64,000 bases of DNA from Cyanidioschyzon merolae (Eukaryota): the NCBI GenBank assembly GCA_000091205.1, contig AP006495.2; one strand, 5' to 3'. Within the stretch, counting starts at the first letter, position 1. Each line of letters starts with the position of its first letter. The notes beneath the pieces are model-generated. The model was given only the letters and a program-made list of their open reading frames with translations. It was not told the DNA's origin and did not search any database. Position numbers and translations under genes: made by a program. Positions 9,701 to 21,562 of the stretch are shown here, in pieces.

Positions 9701-11770
9701 TTCGAATCACGTGGATGATCGATAAGAAAAACAGCGCCTGCGCACACACACACGCACCTCGGCGAAGCGTTAAGGTATGGATATGGTGCAGCGGTCGCGA
9801 TCGCAGCGTTCCCGTTCGAATCAACGGAAGGAGGCCACGATATTTTGCGCTCCTGGATTCGCATCCCGAAGCTGATCGTTTTTCCACTGAATTCTATGAC
9901 ACATCCCGTACGTGAACTTGAAAGCTTTCTCGCGGTGTATAGCAGGCAACCGAAATCAATATGCAATGTTTTGTATAGATTGTCGATGAATTGCCTGTAG
10001 GATATGTCCTGTACTGAACAGTGCGCGGAGGACTGCATTCCTCCTGAAGGTCTGCTATACCACAGCACTCTGATGATTCAGGAACACTGGACGGAAAGAA
10101 GCAGATACGTTCATCGCCAAAAACTGGTATTGATAAAGTGTGCCTGACGTCTATGGTAGAACACGACACTTGATCGCATTACGGAAAGCAGAAGCTACGA
10201 CAGTAGCCACCACATGTGTGGCTGTTTCTCAACAGTTTGTTCGTGCGGACCTGAAATCACTGGGATGTAAACACAAAACCAGAGTTCTAGTTCACGAACG
10301 GCCATCCTTCACCGAAATGGCACCTACAGCGTGCCTGGAACGTCGCGACCGGTATGACGCACAAAGACGACGGCTTGTTTTGCACCTCGGTGATACCTCC
10401 GCCCGAAGAACCGGTCGAAGCGTGTGTGCGTATTCGCGGAGACGGGAGCCCGTTATATGTACGATCGATCCCGAAGGGAGCTCGGAAACCACTTTGTCGA
10501 ATCATTGAAGACTTTTCTTTCGACTTCTGGCGACGTCCTTCTTTCGTACAATATCGCAGTTAAACATTCGCTTTGGGTTCCAGCTTTTGCTGATGTTATC
10601 AGGGTAGAGTTGCTCTTCATTCCTCTGTACGCTCCGTAGATCAACCAAAATGAAACTGTCTTTTGTAATGTGAAATGTAATGAACGCCACGCTGGATTTT
10701 TTCTTTAACAAAATTTTTACATGGACCATGGATCCTGGATTGCGGGATGGATCGCAGCATTCGGGAAAGTGTCCACATGCAGCAACCGATGTTCCAGCTC
10801 CATAACCCATACCTCTCCTCGGATATACTGGTCGTTGCATACGCTCGATCGTGCGCCAAGCCTGCCGTGAGCGCCCGCGGCCCGTATAGCAATATTCGAC
10901 AGCGTGTCGTCCTGAAATGCGCTCTGGCTACCTCCCTGGTCACCGCGGGCATCAGCGAGCGTCGGACGTTTCGAGCTCTACCCGTGGACCCCGTATCAGT
11001 TCGTCTGTACATCGAAGCAGAACCCACACCAGATTATTCAGTTATTATGCAGGTGCCCTAAAAAGCACTCCAAGGCTGTCCTGTCTCGGTTTGATTCCAG
11101 CGGTAGAGCGTCCAGAGCTGGAGCAGGCGCCAGCGATAGACTCGGAACCCAGAACTTCGAATCACACTACACGAGCCGCTGTTCAAGAGGGCTTGTCTGA
11201 GTAAGGATTGATGGAACCTTGGCAAGTTTACTGAGGAACGAAAGCCTGTTTGGCGGCTATGAGCGGTGTTTTGCGCGCGACGGGCGCATCCACGGAATCC
11301 AACGGGAAGCAGCGATCCCTCTACGTAGAGGACGAACCGAGAAGTCGCTGTCCGTTCCGCGCGCCGATCCCAAATCGGACCCTGTGCCAGCGCCGTCGTA
11401 GTGCCCGCGAAATGCGCAACACCGCAAACTCCTTGTGAAACCGTTCATCGGAAGGCTGTAGGTGACAAGGCTCGTGTGAGACCTTACCTGGCGCTTAGAT
11501 AGTGCGAGAACCTCTCTGCCCGCGGGCCGTGTTCGCAAGCTGCTTTCAAGGTCGCAGGCGCGTGCGCAGCTGGTACACACCGCTTTCCGCGGAACGCATC
11601 ACGCTCTCGCGCACGCTGCGTCACGGCGAAGTGCGGCAACGAATAAGGCGAAGGGCGTTGCTCTCAGCGCACGCCCTGCCTTGCTTTCGAGGCAAAATAC
11701 TGGAGATAGTTCTGAAGTTGTGGCTTTAGAAGAAAAATCTTCGCCGGGGCTGCACTCGCTTCCTAAATAT

Positions 11771-12994
11771 ATGCCCGAACCAGGGAGTAACTCGCCAAGT
11801 GCGACACGAACGGGAGCACATGCCACAGAGTACCTGCGTGGGGAAGGCAGCATGCCGCGTGATAGCCCGAAAGATAAGGAGTTTGGCATTGTAGACGCTG
11901 GGGGCTTGACATCGCTGTCACTGAGCCCCTTTCTTCAAGGTCTCACTGGTGAAGACGCGCTCGTAGCGGTGCATGGCGCAAGCTTATGGGAGACAACCGC
12001 AACCGGCCGAACGAGGGACACACTCACGCAAGATATTACCATCCGAAAAGAGACATTGACCGAAGGCGATATGTCGCATGCCCCCTATGGCGAGCGTGCT
12101 GGAACCCAGAGGCGCGCTGCGTCACAAAAGCGCACGCAACCTGAACTGGAGGGTACTTTAGCGCCCGCGGCGAAAACACGTCACAGTCTATCGCGAACGG
12201 GATGCATACGCTCCAGTCGCAGGGCATCGCCGGGGTCGTCTGAGGCGGACTCTGACCCCCAAAACCATGGCGATAAAGTCAGGGAGATTCAGCGCCGCAA
12301 GCGGCTGCGGGAGCGGGAGCGTCGTGAATCGATGCGCACAAAATACAATGCGTTGATCGAGTTGCTTCGGCAAGGTCGCCGCAACCTCATGTCGTGGGAC
12401 CTCTACAGACGCCAGCGTAGCAATCGAGCAGATATACAGGTCTCTGCTGGCAAGTCGCTTGATGAGTCCGCAATGCCGCACAGCTTTGTTATTCCAAGCG
12501 ACAAAGACGCAGTGCTCTCTGAATGCATGGGCCAGCTGAATGCGTTTAACCGTCTTATGGCCGGCATCCGGGAGGAATTCGATACCCTGCATCATCAGCT
12601 GGATGAAATGCGGTCGGAAAAAGCAGATCTACGGAATGACAAGCTGTATCTACGGGAGGAGGTGCAGAGACTGCGGGATGAAGTTCGCCGGCTGCGCGAG
12701 GGTACGCTACAGATGTTTCTGGCGTCACGCAAGGGCGATATGGTCGCAGACGGGACTCTGGAAGCGGCATTGCGAAATCGAATTTTTGACTCGAACGATG
12801 AGCAACTTGATCTGCTGCTGGACCCGTCTACGAGCGTTCCGATGGGCTCTGTACCGTCCGGCGCAACGCCACAGATTCACCAGGAGCGCGATAAAACGTC
12901 TGCTATGCTTAGCAACGCGCGCGAGGGTTACTCGAGCTATGGAAAATGCCCTGATAACAGTGCTGATGAGCCGGATTATAGTACTTGTGCCTAG
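11771..12994 (+). CDS. Basic-helix plus leucine-zipper (bHLH-ZIP-like) transcription factor candidate
   Basis: Basic cluster REIQRRKRLRERERRESMRTKYNALIELL is followed, after a loop, by a heptad Leu/Met zipper L-x6-M-x6-L-x6-L-x6-L-x6-L (LHHQLDEMRSEKADLRNDKLYLREEVQRLRDEVRRLREG). The rest of the protein is Ser/Pro-rich and low-complexity. The track ORF begins at 11681 with TTG. The first in-frame ATG is near 11771. Confidence 0.55.
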   Translation: MPEPGSNSPSATRTGAHATEYLRGEGSMPRDSPKDKEFGIVDAGGLTSLSLSPFLQGLTGEDALVAVHGASLWETTATGRTRDTLTQDITIRKETLTEGDMSHAPYGERAGTQRRAASQKRTQPELEGTLAPAAKTRHSLSRTGCIRSSRRASPGSSEADSDPQNHGDKVREIQRRKRLRERERRESMRTKYNALIELLRQGRRNLMSWDLYRRQRSNRADIQVSAGKSLDESAMPHSFVIPSDKDAVLSECMGQLNAFNRLMAGIREEFDTLHHQLDEMRSEKADLRNDKLYLREEVQRLRDEVRRLREGTLQMFLASRKGDMVADGTLEAALRNRIFDSNDEQLDLLLDPSTSVPMGSVPSGATPQIHQERDKTSAMLSNAREGYSSYGKCPDNSADEPDYSTCA

Positions 12995-13411
12995 TGCGCA
13001 GCAAGTAGAGACGCGCTGAGCCAACAAGCTTGGAAGCGCAGCACCGAGTCGAGGATGCTTCGCCAATCAAGCATGGTTTAAGTAGGTATTTCGCCGAAGA
13101 TTCGAACTAAAATGCCTCTGAAATGGAAGCGCGCTCTCCATTTCCACGTTAGAAGGTATTGGGTTCACCATGTTCACACACTGAGTGTGATGCGCTCTGT
13201 ACCATCGACTCGTGGTGCTCCAAGATCCTTCCCGATGCATAGACTCGGCGCCTCAGGCCTGCTGCATTGGGAAACCGTATCATGTCAGTGCGTTACTGCA
13301 GACAAGAATCCAATGCTTGCTCCCTGGGAGACTGTTTTTTCCCGACGAAAGCCCTCAGAGTTTCAATACTTTGCCGACACGGCGCTCTGAATGCCGCTCT
13401 CGAACGTTCGC

Positions 13412-13819
13412 TCAGGACAAAGGCGCTTGACGGTACGGAAGCCCGAGTCCTTCGCGCATGATGAAGAAGGCTTTCAAGCGCAGATGACGATAGTGCTTGG
13501 GCGCATTTTGGCTGGCACAATCACCCCGTAACAAGCCTCGCAGCTTCGCCGTCTGACGTTTACTCATCGAACCGCAAACCATCGCATGTATCCATCTCTG
13601 TTTTACGCGCGACTTGTCTGCTAGTTTCAGCGCGTACTCTTGCTCATGATGCCGGGATATCGTCCCGAACTCATCGATGGGAATCGTGAACAATCGATTC
13701 CCACACTCGTTGCGTCCTCGAGTCCAGGACGACACAGTGCGGCCCGTGAGCGTTGCAGCAATGGCCAGCGCCATCACCACCACTGCCACCATCACTAAAC
13801 GACGTGTCGTGCCTCTCAT
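13412..13819 (-). CDS. Hypothetical small protein with an N-terminal signal peptide or signal anchor
   Basis: MRGTTRRLVMVAVVVMALAIAATLTG has a positive n-region and a hydrophobic h-region. It is followed by 110 aa of basic, non-repetitive sequence (..KQRWIHAMVCGSMSKRQTAKLRGLLRGD..HYRHLRLKAFFIMREG). No homolog recognised. This could be a lineage-specific protein or a spurious GC-rich ORF. Confidence 0.3.
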   Translation of the reverse strand: MRGTTRRLVMVAVVVMALAIAATLTGRTVSSWTRGRNECGNRLFTIPIDEFGTISRHHEQEYALKLADKSRVKQRWIHAMVCGSMSKRQTAKLRGLLRGDCASQNAPKHYRHLRLKAFFIMREGLGLPYRQAPLS

Positions 13820-16800
13820 GTCCGTTCCCAACTCAATCAACAAGTTGGCGAATGCTCACGTCTTGTCCCTGTGCAGTTGAAAGCTTTCGCGACCTCCGGG
13901 CGGTTGCAGCACTCTTGCCGAGGATGTTACGCCTAACCCATTCGGACGATCGAATCCTACATAAAGCGTGGCATTCCGTCCGGTAGCTCACGCTTTCCTG
14001 GGCCACTAGGATCAGGCTACAGCGCCCATAGGATGGGCCTCATGAAACCTTCGATATTTGCCTACATACGGTCTTGGTATTCGGTGTTGGTTTGATACAT
14101 TCGGAACCGGCGCTAGAGGTATTCTTATCGCCGGTGTGGAGCGTTAAAGCATCAAGATATTCTTGGGATACGCGTATGCAAATCGCTGGTCCTACGATGA
14201 AGACGTGTTGCACCGTTCGCGCCAAGCATCGGTTGCGTCGTCGCACGAAGGTTCGGGCACGAGCTTTGTTAAAAAACCGTGGACTATAGGTAGCTTTGTA
14301 TTCAGAATTCCTACGAATATTGGCGTGACGAAGTGCGTCGTAGCGAGGAAATCTCGGCGAGTCTTGCGCGCGTGGAAGGCAATACGATATTTCATGACGT
14401 GGTGGAGCTCAGTTTTTAAAAACTCCGCTTTTCATGCGTTTCCCTTGGAGGGATTCCAGAAAGGTGTTTCCGCTTCAATGGCTTTTCCTACCTGTCCCAT
14501 CTCGTCCTCTTTTGGTGATGATCTTTCTTTTCTTTCTCCCTAGGTTTCTACTGTTCCCCCGTTACCTCATTGCATGGCATGGATAAAGCAGCCATTCTCC
14601 AGGTAAGATACTCATCACGGGACTCAGACCCATTGAATTGAGTGTTGCACTGAAGTTTGCAATTTCCACGCTTGTGTCTACCATGCGCGAGGGACCTTTT
14701 TGTCACCTTGTCAGTTGCGAAAAACGTCCATGAACTGAAGCGCAACTTTCCGCTCCCTCGAGCGCACGAGTAGAGGAGCAACAGAGCTACTCAGAGCGAG
14801 AGTGGAACTGGAGAAGAACAATTTGCCAGAGAACGGTGCCACGGATGCGAGCGACGCGTCGATTCATCCGCGAGCGCCTGAATCGCGTTTTCGCAACAGA
14901 AAAGATGCGTTCGCGTGCATTGAACTCGGCAGCACTGGCTTGCACGATGAGCAACTTGCCGCCAATCTCAACAGCGCACATCATGATCGCTGCTGAGTGA
15001 ACGCAAGAGACGTACTCTAAGAACAGGATAGGGGAATACGGGAAGGAGGTACCACCTCGAGGTGCATCGACGAAGGATACGATGTTGAGCGATACTGTTC
15101 GTTTGGCGATTCGTAGACGAGCACACAATAACATCGTCGCAGGGGCTCGTGTTGTCGTGGTACTCGCATGTCTTTTCTTTGCCAATGGCGGTTTTTCCCT
15201 CATTGAATACGCATATGCTAGAGGTCAACGATGTATCCTGAATGCTATCTGATTGACTGTGGCGAACGCGTATTGTTTCGGTCAGATACGTTCGTGTTTC
15301 AGGGCAAAATCGATCAGATAAAGTTCCGTGCGTGACGGGTTCCCAGAGGGGTGCGCATTTTTTGTTTGTCCATCTGCGTCTCTCCATCATCGTTGGGAGC
15401 ACTGGACGGATACTTCACATTCTGCGGCTTCTTTGATGGTATTTCTCAGAAAAACATATGGTTTGGAATGGATTGGCAAGGAGACAGTCGTATAGATAAT
15501 GTCTGATACGTTCTGTATTCGATGCACGACGTTCAGGATAAGGGCGACGACAAGGGTGATTTTCATCAACCGTCTGACAGGATAAGGACTGCCATGGACA
15601 CTTGGGATCCTTTTTCTCCCGGGAGCGCGGTGGGTGCCTCAAGTCTATCAGCGACCTTGCTCCAATCTATCGGATACATCTTCTTTTGCTAGATACCCGC
15701 TGGAAACCATGCAAAGACAGACATTGCATCCTGAACCAGACATTCGGCAAGTCATTGCTCTGCGTATACCAGCGAATGCCATAGCGACTGTACGTAGCCC
15801 GGACGCGGCAACTCAGTATGTTGACGTCAGGCGACGGATGTCGAGTTCACCTTGGCCAGTGTGATCATCACAGCAATATCCAGGTACTGAAGATATCGTT
15901 TCCGCACGCCGCGTCAGCTAGCACCATGACACCCGCGGGGCCGCGACTGCCAGATCGCTTTCAGCGTTGCCTCGGTCAACGCTCCGGCGCATGTGGTCTA
16001 CTGTCGTTGCCTCCGGAGTCGTGCTTGTGTCGTGTGATGATTAGCATTCGCCAATACCCATAGCGTTGCGTAAATGAAAACCCCTACGCTAGCAACACTT
16101 CCCTGTATTCAGTGCTCATGATGGACGCCACTTCAGTGATACTCGTGTTCTTCTCGTCTGGACACGAGGTTTCATAACGTCTAAAGTTGTTGATGGGCGC
16201 TAGATCTACAGTATCTCTAATATTTACCCGTATTGATTATGTCTATTTCGAAATCTTCCATCAGGACCTGCTATTCATGTTCGCATCGGAGGCGACTGTC
16301 AACCCTATGGTTTATCTCAGCAGCCCATGCCGGCGACGCCGTTGGCTGAAAGCGATGGAATATAGGGAGTCTGGTGTCAGCCTTGAAAACAAAGCTGATA
16401 CCAGTTTGTTCTTGGACGTGTGCCTCGAACTGAACGTCACTTTGACGGAGCGACCTTCTAGGGATCGCCACGCTGGAATCGGGTCTAGGCGAGCGGCGAG
16501 ATGCACGTTGCGTCTGCCTCTCACGCAAGACACAGTTCCTGTACGCTTCGATATGGGCACTGGTGAGCGATGGCGTACAACAATATGTCGCCGCCGTCGC
16601 CAACAACGTCCGCGGAACAGATGAAGTTGTCGTGTTCCGTCAAAGATTGCTAGGTTTGGTAGAAAAAATTGCCTACTCCAGCACGATCAAGAAAGCATTG
16701 ATTGCGAGGCGTCCTGGCCCGTATCCGATCTCCAAAAGGTCCATCATAGAGATACATGCAGGGCAATGAGGTATGTATTCTGGACGGGGTCGTACACTAC

Positions 16801-18112
16801 CCATGGGATATATCGGGTACGAAGCACTGGTACAGTTCGTAAACCAAGACGAATGCGGTTCGATTCGGTGACGCCATCCATGGTATCACGAAGAACAGCA
16901 CTTTCACAGAATATAGTGTCTTCTTGCTCGTGTCGAAACGTGAATTTCGGATGCGGGAAATCAGGTGGACTGACGGGCAATCAACTCGTTGAGCGCTTGT
17001 GCTTTCTCCAAGGGGTGTTCTGTGTGGTGCGAGCGCCTAAACACGAATGTTCAGTACAGCGTGCAATGCTGATGGCCGCGTTTGCGCCCCATCGAATGGC
17101 AAACCAGCAAGCTCTTGCATGCGAGTGAAAACTTGAAGAATCCCGCGGGAGAAGATTGTCAGACGCATCGTTCCATGCAGATCAGCAGATTTAGTCGCTC
17201 GTATCGCACTGGCGTCCGACTCGCTGAATTTCGCGGTCATTAAAAAATCCCCGAGGTTTTCGTCTCCATACATGGCGCACTCGCACGGCAAGTGCAGCGA
17301 AGGAGCCACAGTTCAAGCATAGAAAATGACGCGAGCAAGCGACATGCGCCCGTCGTCAATGAAACGCGCGTTGTTTCCGAGAACCGTACGTTTTCAGGGC
17401 GCCTACGGCCTCAGATGAGTGTGTGATAAGTTGAGTTCCATTAAAAATCACGACGGAATGAGCTGATGAGATACCTGAAGCGTTCTGATACAGAAAACCC
17501 GCTCCTTGGGGTACTGGTAGTGGAGCTTGGGTTCGGCCCGCAGCTCAGTTCTCGTCAGTGTTGCGTGCACGCGTCGCTGGACCAGCTTGAAACGCAGCCA
17601 TTAAAAAGTCTTCTTGGATACAGTAACGGATACATCTATAGGTGATCAGTCTTGTACCGACAAGAGCTGGGTAAAGGATCCTCAAGAGTCGAGAGTACGC
17701 TCTCGGCGCAGATGCCTACAGAGCACTGCATGCTTGTAGCGTTGGCACTACCGCACTTGAATTGCAAGTCAAGCGCGGATTTTCTCTAGATAAAGTCAGT
17801 CGATTCCTGAAATCATGGAACTCGAGAACGCCAGGCTGCAGTGTGCAGGCTAGTCCGATAGAACTCTAGAGACCACAGCAGTTCCCCAGTGTGTTCTATG
17901 CCGAAGAAACGATCCGCTCGTTTCGCGAAGTTTCTAACCAATGCTATACGCGGCACATGATCTGCACGATGCGATCATGAAGACATCTTGGGTCAAGAAG
18001 TCCTGAAGTTCACGCAGCGCGGTGACAAACTGAAGTCGCAGCGCGTAGCCAAGCTGCAATGTTGCAAATATGCTTGCAATGGACGGAAGCGCTCGCAGGA
18101 GGCAGCGTCGGC

Positions 18113-18240
18113 GACATGTCCATTCCATACATTCATGTCGCAAAAGTATCAACAACGTCTAATAGCGTATGCAGCGTGCAGCATCGCCCTGGATGCGACA
18201 TGTCCTTGAAATGCATTGATGTCGCAAAAGCATTCACTCG
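18113..18240. repeat. Two tandem copies of a roughly 45 bp motif (gcgacatgtcc...cattcatgtcgcaaaag) about 83 bp apart
   Basis: Read directly at 18111-18158 and 18190-18238. Located just upstream of the CHCH gene start at 18328. Confidence 0.6.
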
Positions 18241-18327
18241 ATCAGATCGCTGGCGCTGTTTTTCTGCGGGTAGCTGCTTGCGCGTACCACAGTTGCTGGC
18301 CTGAGTGCCCTGTGTCGCGGTGATGCT

Positions 18328-18852
18328 ATGGACGCAGAAAACTTACCGGATCCGGGGAATATCCAAGGATTTACGATTCGGGTTACCGAAAGCTTGTTAA
18401 ATAGGCTAGGCGACGGATTTTCACGGCGTTCGCCGATGGAAGGAGACGTTGGTGTCCAGGTCCGGACACCTCGGGAGCGACAGCTCGTGGAGCAAGTTCA
18501 AGCAATAGAGCGACGTAAACGCATTGAGCTCGCGAAACGTGTTCAGTCACGTTTGCAGCAGCTCGAAGAACGAAGGCTCCTTCAGGCAAGGGAGGCAGCG
18601 GAGCGCAAGTTGCAGGAACTGGAGCAGAAGGACTATGCAGCTCCGGCACCGGTGGGCGCCCTGCCGTGTTCCGCTGAACGCCGAGCGCTCTTTCGCTGCT
18701 ATAAGGAAAACCCGAACCCCTTGCAGTGTGGTCTAGAGGTGTCAGCTTTTGAACAATGCGCGAAAGAGGTCGAGCTCCAGGTTCTGCGTAGGGAACTCGG
18801 GCCGCAGCACGCGGCGAACGTTGCCGCTGCCCGCAGCTCTGCGTCCGAGTGA
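18328..18852 (+). CDS. MICOS subunit Mic19/CHCHD3-like twin-Cx9C (CHCH) protein
   Basis: Real ATG. The C-terminus CSAERRALFRCYKENPNPLQCGLEVSAFEQC is two Cx9C pairs and aligns with human CHCHD3 CADLQAKILQCYRENTHQTLKCSALATQYMHC. The N-terminus GNIQGFTIRVTESLLNRLGD aligns with CHCHD3 ENITVVKGIRLSENVIDRMK. The central part is a charged coiled coil. Confidence 0.8.
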   Translation: MDAENLPDPGNIQGFTIRVTESLLNRLGDGFSRRSPMEGDVGVQVRTPRERQLVEQVQAIERRKRIELAKRVQSRLQQLEERRLLQAREAAERKLQELEQKDYAAPAPVGALPCSAERRALFRCYKENPNPLQCGLEVSAFEQCAKEVELQVLRRELGPQHAANVAAARSSASE

Positions 18853-19910
18853 AACGTTCGACGCGGTGCTGTGGCGAAGGACTGGTGCGCCATCAAATGT
18901 TTACCTAGATATCGTTCTGCAGGTATAGACTCGTCTCCAAGCAATGTAACGCTATATTTTCTGAAGACGCTGACAAAGCTTTTGAAGCGCGCGTGCTACA
19001 AGCCGGTGAAGAGGTCAGCAGCGGACACCTTGACAGCCGCCACTCGGCGTAGCGGTTTCATCCTGTCTGCTATCTGAGCAGATTATGAACTCCAGTTGTG
19101 CTGAGCCCGCGGGACATGTGACGGAACCAGCGAACCTGCATCATTTACGGAAGATTTGAAAAGAAAATCCCAAGCGCTGTTCGGAAACCGCAGGAGCCAT
19201 GCCACCAGCTTTCAAGTCGCACGCAAATGTGGGATCGTACTCACATCGGCTTTCGATGGATCACGCTGCCGCTACGTAGCTTTCCGGAGAAACGCCCCGT
19301 TCCAGTGCGTTCGATATGAAGTGTTGGATCGATACGCACTACACGTGCGGATCTGTTTGCGAACAACGCTCGATGCGCTTGAACGCCTCGTGGTTCAATG
19401 GAGATGCGCGTGTGCATCTTCGTGTGCGTTATGAATATATGACGTAGCGTTCGTCGTTCTTCGAGGAGGATGCATCCCCAGCGAACGGCGTTTCGGGAAG
19501 CGCTCCTGTACCGGACGATAGAGACATGGATGGCGAGGTTGCCGTCCGTCGCTCGCCTGAACAGAGCGCGCTCCACTCCGAGGCTACGCTCTAGAACCAA
19601 GTCGTATCTATCAGGCGTATGACGTAAAAACGCTCTGCTATGATGCTGTGCATAAAACCGCGTTCAGTATGGGGGCCAAGAGCGACGAACGTGGATCCAA
19701 GTGCGATGCGTGGAGCAAGCACCACAGCCGCAACCCGTGAGCTGATGACCCTCAAGTCCGGGGCGGGCGAGCTTGCCAGCAGTCCTGGGCTCGACTAGCA
19801 CACGATTCGCAGTGTTCCAGTCTTATGGCGTCAGAATGCGTGTTTACCAGTTTTACGGCCGCTCGCACCGACTAGGGCGCCTGCGGAAACGCCCACGGCT
19901 TATGTGTGGA

Positions 19911-21245
19911 CTACATGCGCGCATCTTCTGCTGTTGCCGATACTGGACGCGGTTCTCCGTTACTATCGATCCGCATGGCTGCTTTGGCTGCTTGCTTGTG
20001 AAGGCGCTTTGCCTCTTTGCCTACTGGCTGCTCGAGCAGTTGTCGGACATATGGGTCTTGAATTGTTTTCGAGCTTTTGACCCCAGTTGGAAAGGGCATC
20101 GTGGTGATGCGCTGCGTGTACGCTGGGAGGATGAGCGCAGTATACTTGAATCGGGCGATGTAATGGCCTTCTTTCTCATAGAGAACTGGGTAAGGGATGA
20201 CGAGGCCATGGCTCTGCATTTCTCCGATACCGAGCCGCGCAACCTTGTTCTCCGGATCATCCTGGACGATCCCCCGGAGCGTGAACGGAAAAACTGGTGA
20301 AGTTCGATTCACCTCGTTGAACAACTGGCGGGAGGCTTTCATTTTGAGCAAGTAATCCCGATCGATCGCTCGTTTGAACACCGTTGTCCTTGCATCGCCA
20401 GGCTTGACTTTGCCGGTCTCCGAGGTCGACATCACAACATCGATAGCGAAGACGCTGTTCACCTCAAACTCGCATTCCTCTACCCGCTGGTCGACTGTCG
20501 GCTTGCTTAAGATCACACGCCTCCCGTCTATGACATATCGTTTCATTTCATGGGAAAGCACACCCTCCACGACGGAACACCCGAAATCTGCGGCCACTTT
20601 AGCCAGGACCTCTGTCACTTGCGAATTCTTACACCCTGGTCTTAGAAGTCGCAAAGCAGCTTCCGCTGCATAGTAGGCAGCGCAAATTGCATCCGCTGCT
20701 CGCTCGGGAACCGCCGGTTGATCTTTTCCATTCCGTTCTACCTGCATGCTTTCAGTTTCCGAGGCTCCAGGTGCCTCCGAGGTCTCGTTGCGAGTCTTCG
20801 CCTCAGACCACGCAAAAAGTTCCAGGGGATGCGCCTGCCATTGGAGTCCAGATTCGGTAACGATGCCAGTGGCTGCCAGGAGCGCCACATAACCGTCGAT
20901 ATGGGCCCCCAGGTCGATACTGCAAACGTCGCCCTCCTTTACCGTGGTGTCCTCGGTTTCTAGCGGAGAAAAATGACCTGCACAGTTATTGATCCCGATA
21001 CAAGTCGGGAACGCCACGCCTTTTCCAATTGGTTCCCGCTTCTTCCCCTTGTTTTTGTTGAATACCGTTCCGCAGCGGTTGCGGATCGCTTCGTCACCCA
21101 GCCGACACAGCGCAGCGACGGACGCTCCTGGCCGTAGCGCTCGAGAGACAGCCTCTAACGCTTGGTTTGCGATATCCGCGGCTGTTTTATATTTCGTTAT
21201 CACATCAGGGTCCTCGATGTTGCGCTCCGGCGCGTCGTCTGCCAT
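19911..21245 (-). CDS. PA2G4: PA2G4/EBP1-like protein (peptidase M24 fold, non-catalytic MetAP2 paralogue; Arx1/EBP1 family)
   Basis: MADDAPERNIEDPDVITKYKTAADIANQALEAV...ALCRLGDEAI aligns with human PA2G4 [38 protein letters not shown]. Further conserved blocks: KGVAFPTCIGINNCAGHFSPL, EGDVCSIDLGAHIDGYVA, KPGCKNSQVTE, MLSHEMKRYVIDG. The track ORF has 25 extra N-terminal aa. Start moved to the ATG encoding MADDAPE at 21245. Confidence 0.88.
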   Translation of the reverse strand: MADDAPERNIEDPDVITKYKTAADIANQALEAVSRALRPGASVAALCRLGDEAIRNRCGTVFNKNKGKKREPIGKGVAFPTCIGINNCAGHFSPLETEDTTVKEGDVCSIDLGAHIDGYVALLAATGIVTESGLQWQAHPLELFAWSEAKTRNETSEAPGASETESMQVERNGKDQPAVPERAADAICAAYYAAEAALRLLRPGCKNSQVTEVLAKVAADFGCSVVEGVLSHEMKRYVIDGRRVILSKPTVDQRVEECEFEVNSVFAIDVVMSTSETGKVKPGDARTTVFKRAIDRDYLLKMKASRQLFNEVNRTSPVFPFTLRGIVQDDPENKVARLGIGEMQSHGLVIPYPVLYEKEGHYIARFKYTALILPAYTQRITTMPFPTGVKSSKTIQDPYVRQLLEQPVGKEAKRLHKQAAKAAMRIDSNGEPRPVSATAEDARM

Positions 21246-21520
21246 GTTCGTGAAGGAGGCGTTACGGCTGCGCGGATACGAAACGAGGGGTTCTACCTCT
21301 TGACCGAAAGAGGCTCTCAAACTCAGTTTCGGCCCTAAACAGCTCAGAAACAGGAAGCACTCACGAGGGCAACACGCTTTGACACAAAACCGGTGCCTAC
21401 GAGTCGCACGCTCTCACGCAGTCAAAGCTTGTGAGCGCTCACGCGCTGCCCCCGATAGCCTCGCCCCGCGTTTGTCAGTAGACGCCAGGTCGAGTCGGGT
21501 ACACACACGAGGTTGTCGTT

Positions 21521-21562
21521 GTCGTCGACGACGGCGGCGGCGGCGGCGGCGGCGGCCATCGC
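21521..21562. repeat. (GCG)n trinucleotide microsatellite
   Basis: gacgacgacggcggcggcggcggcggcggcggcc. Both strands translate to poly-Ala / poly-Arg in spurious ORFs. Confidence 0.85.
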
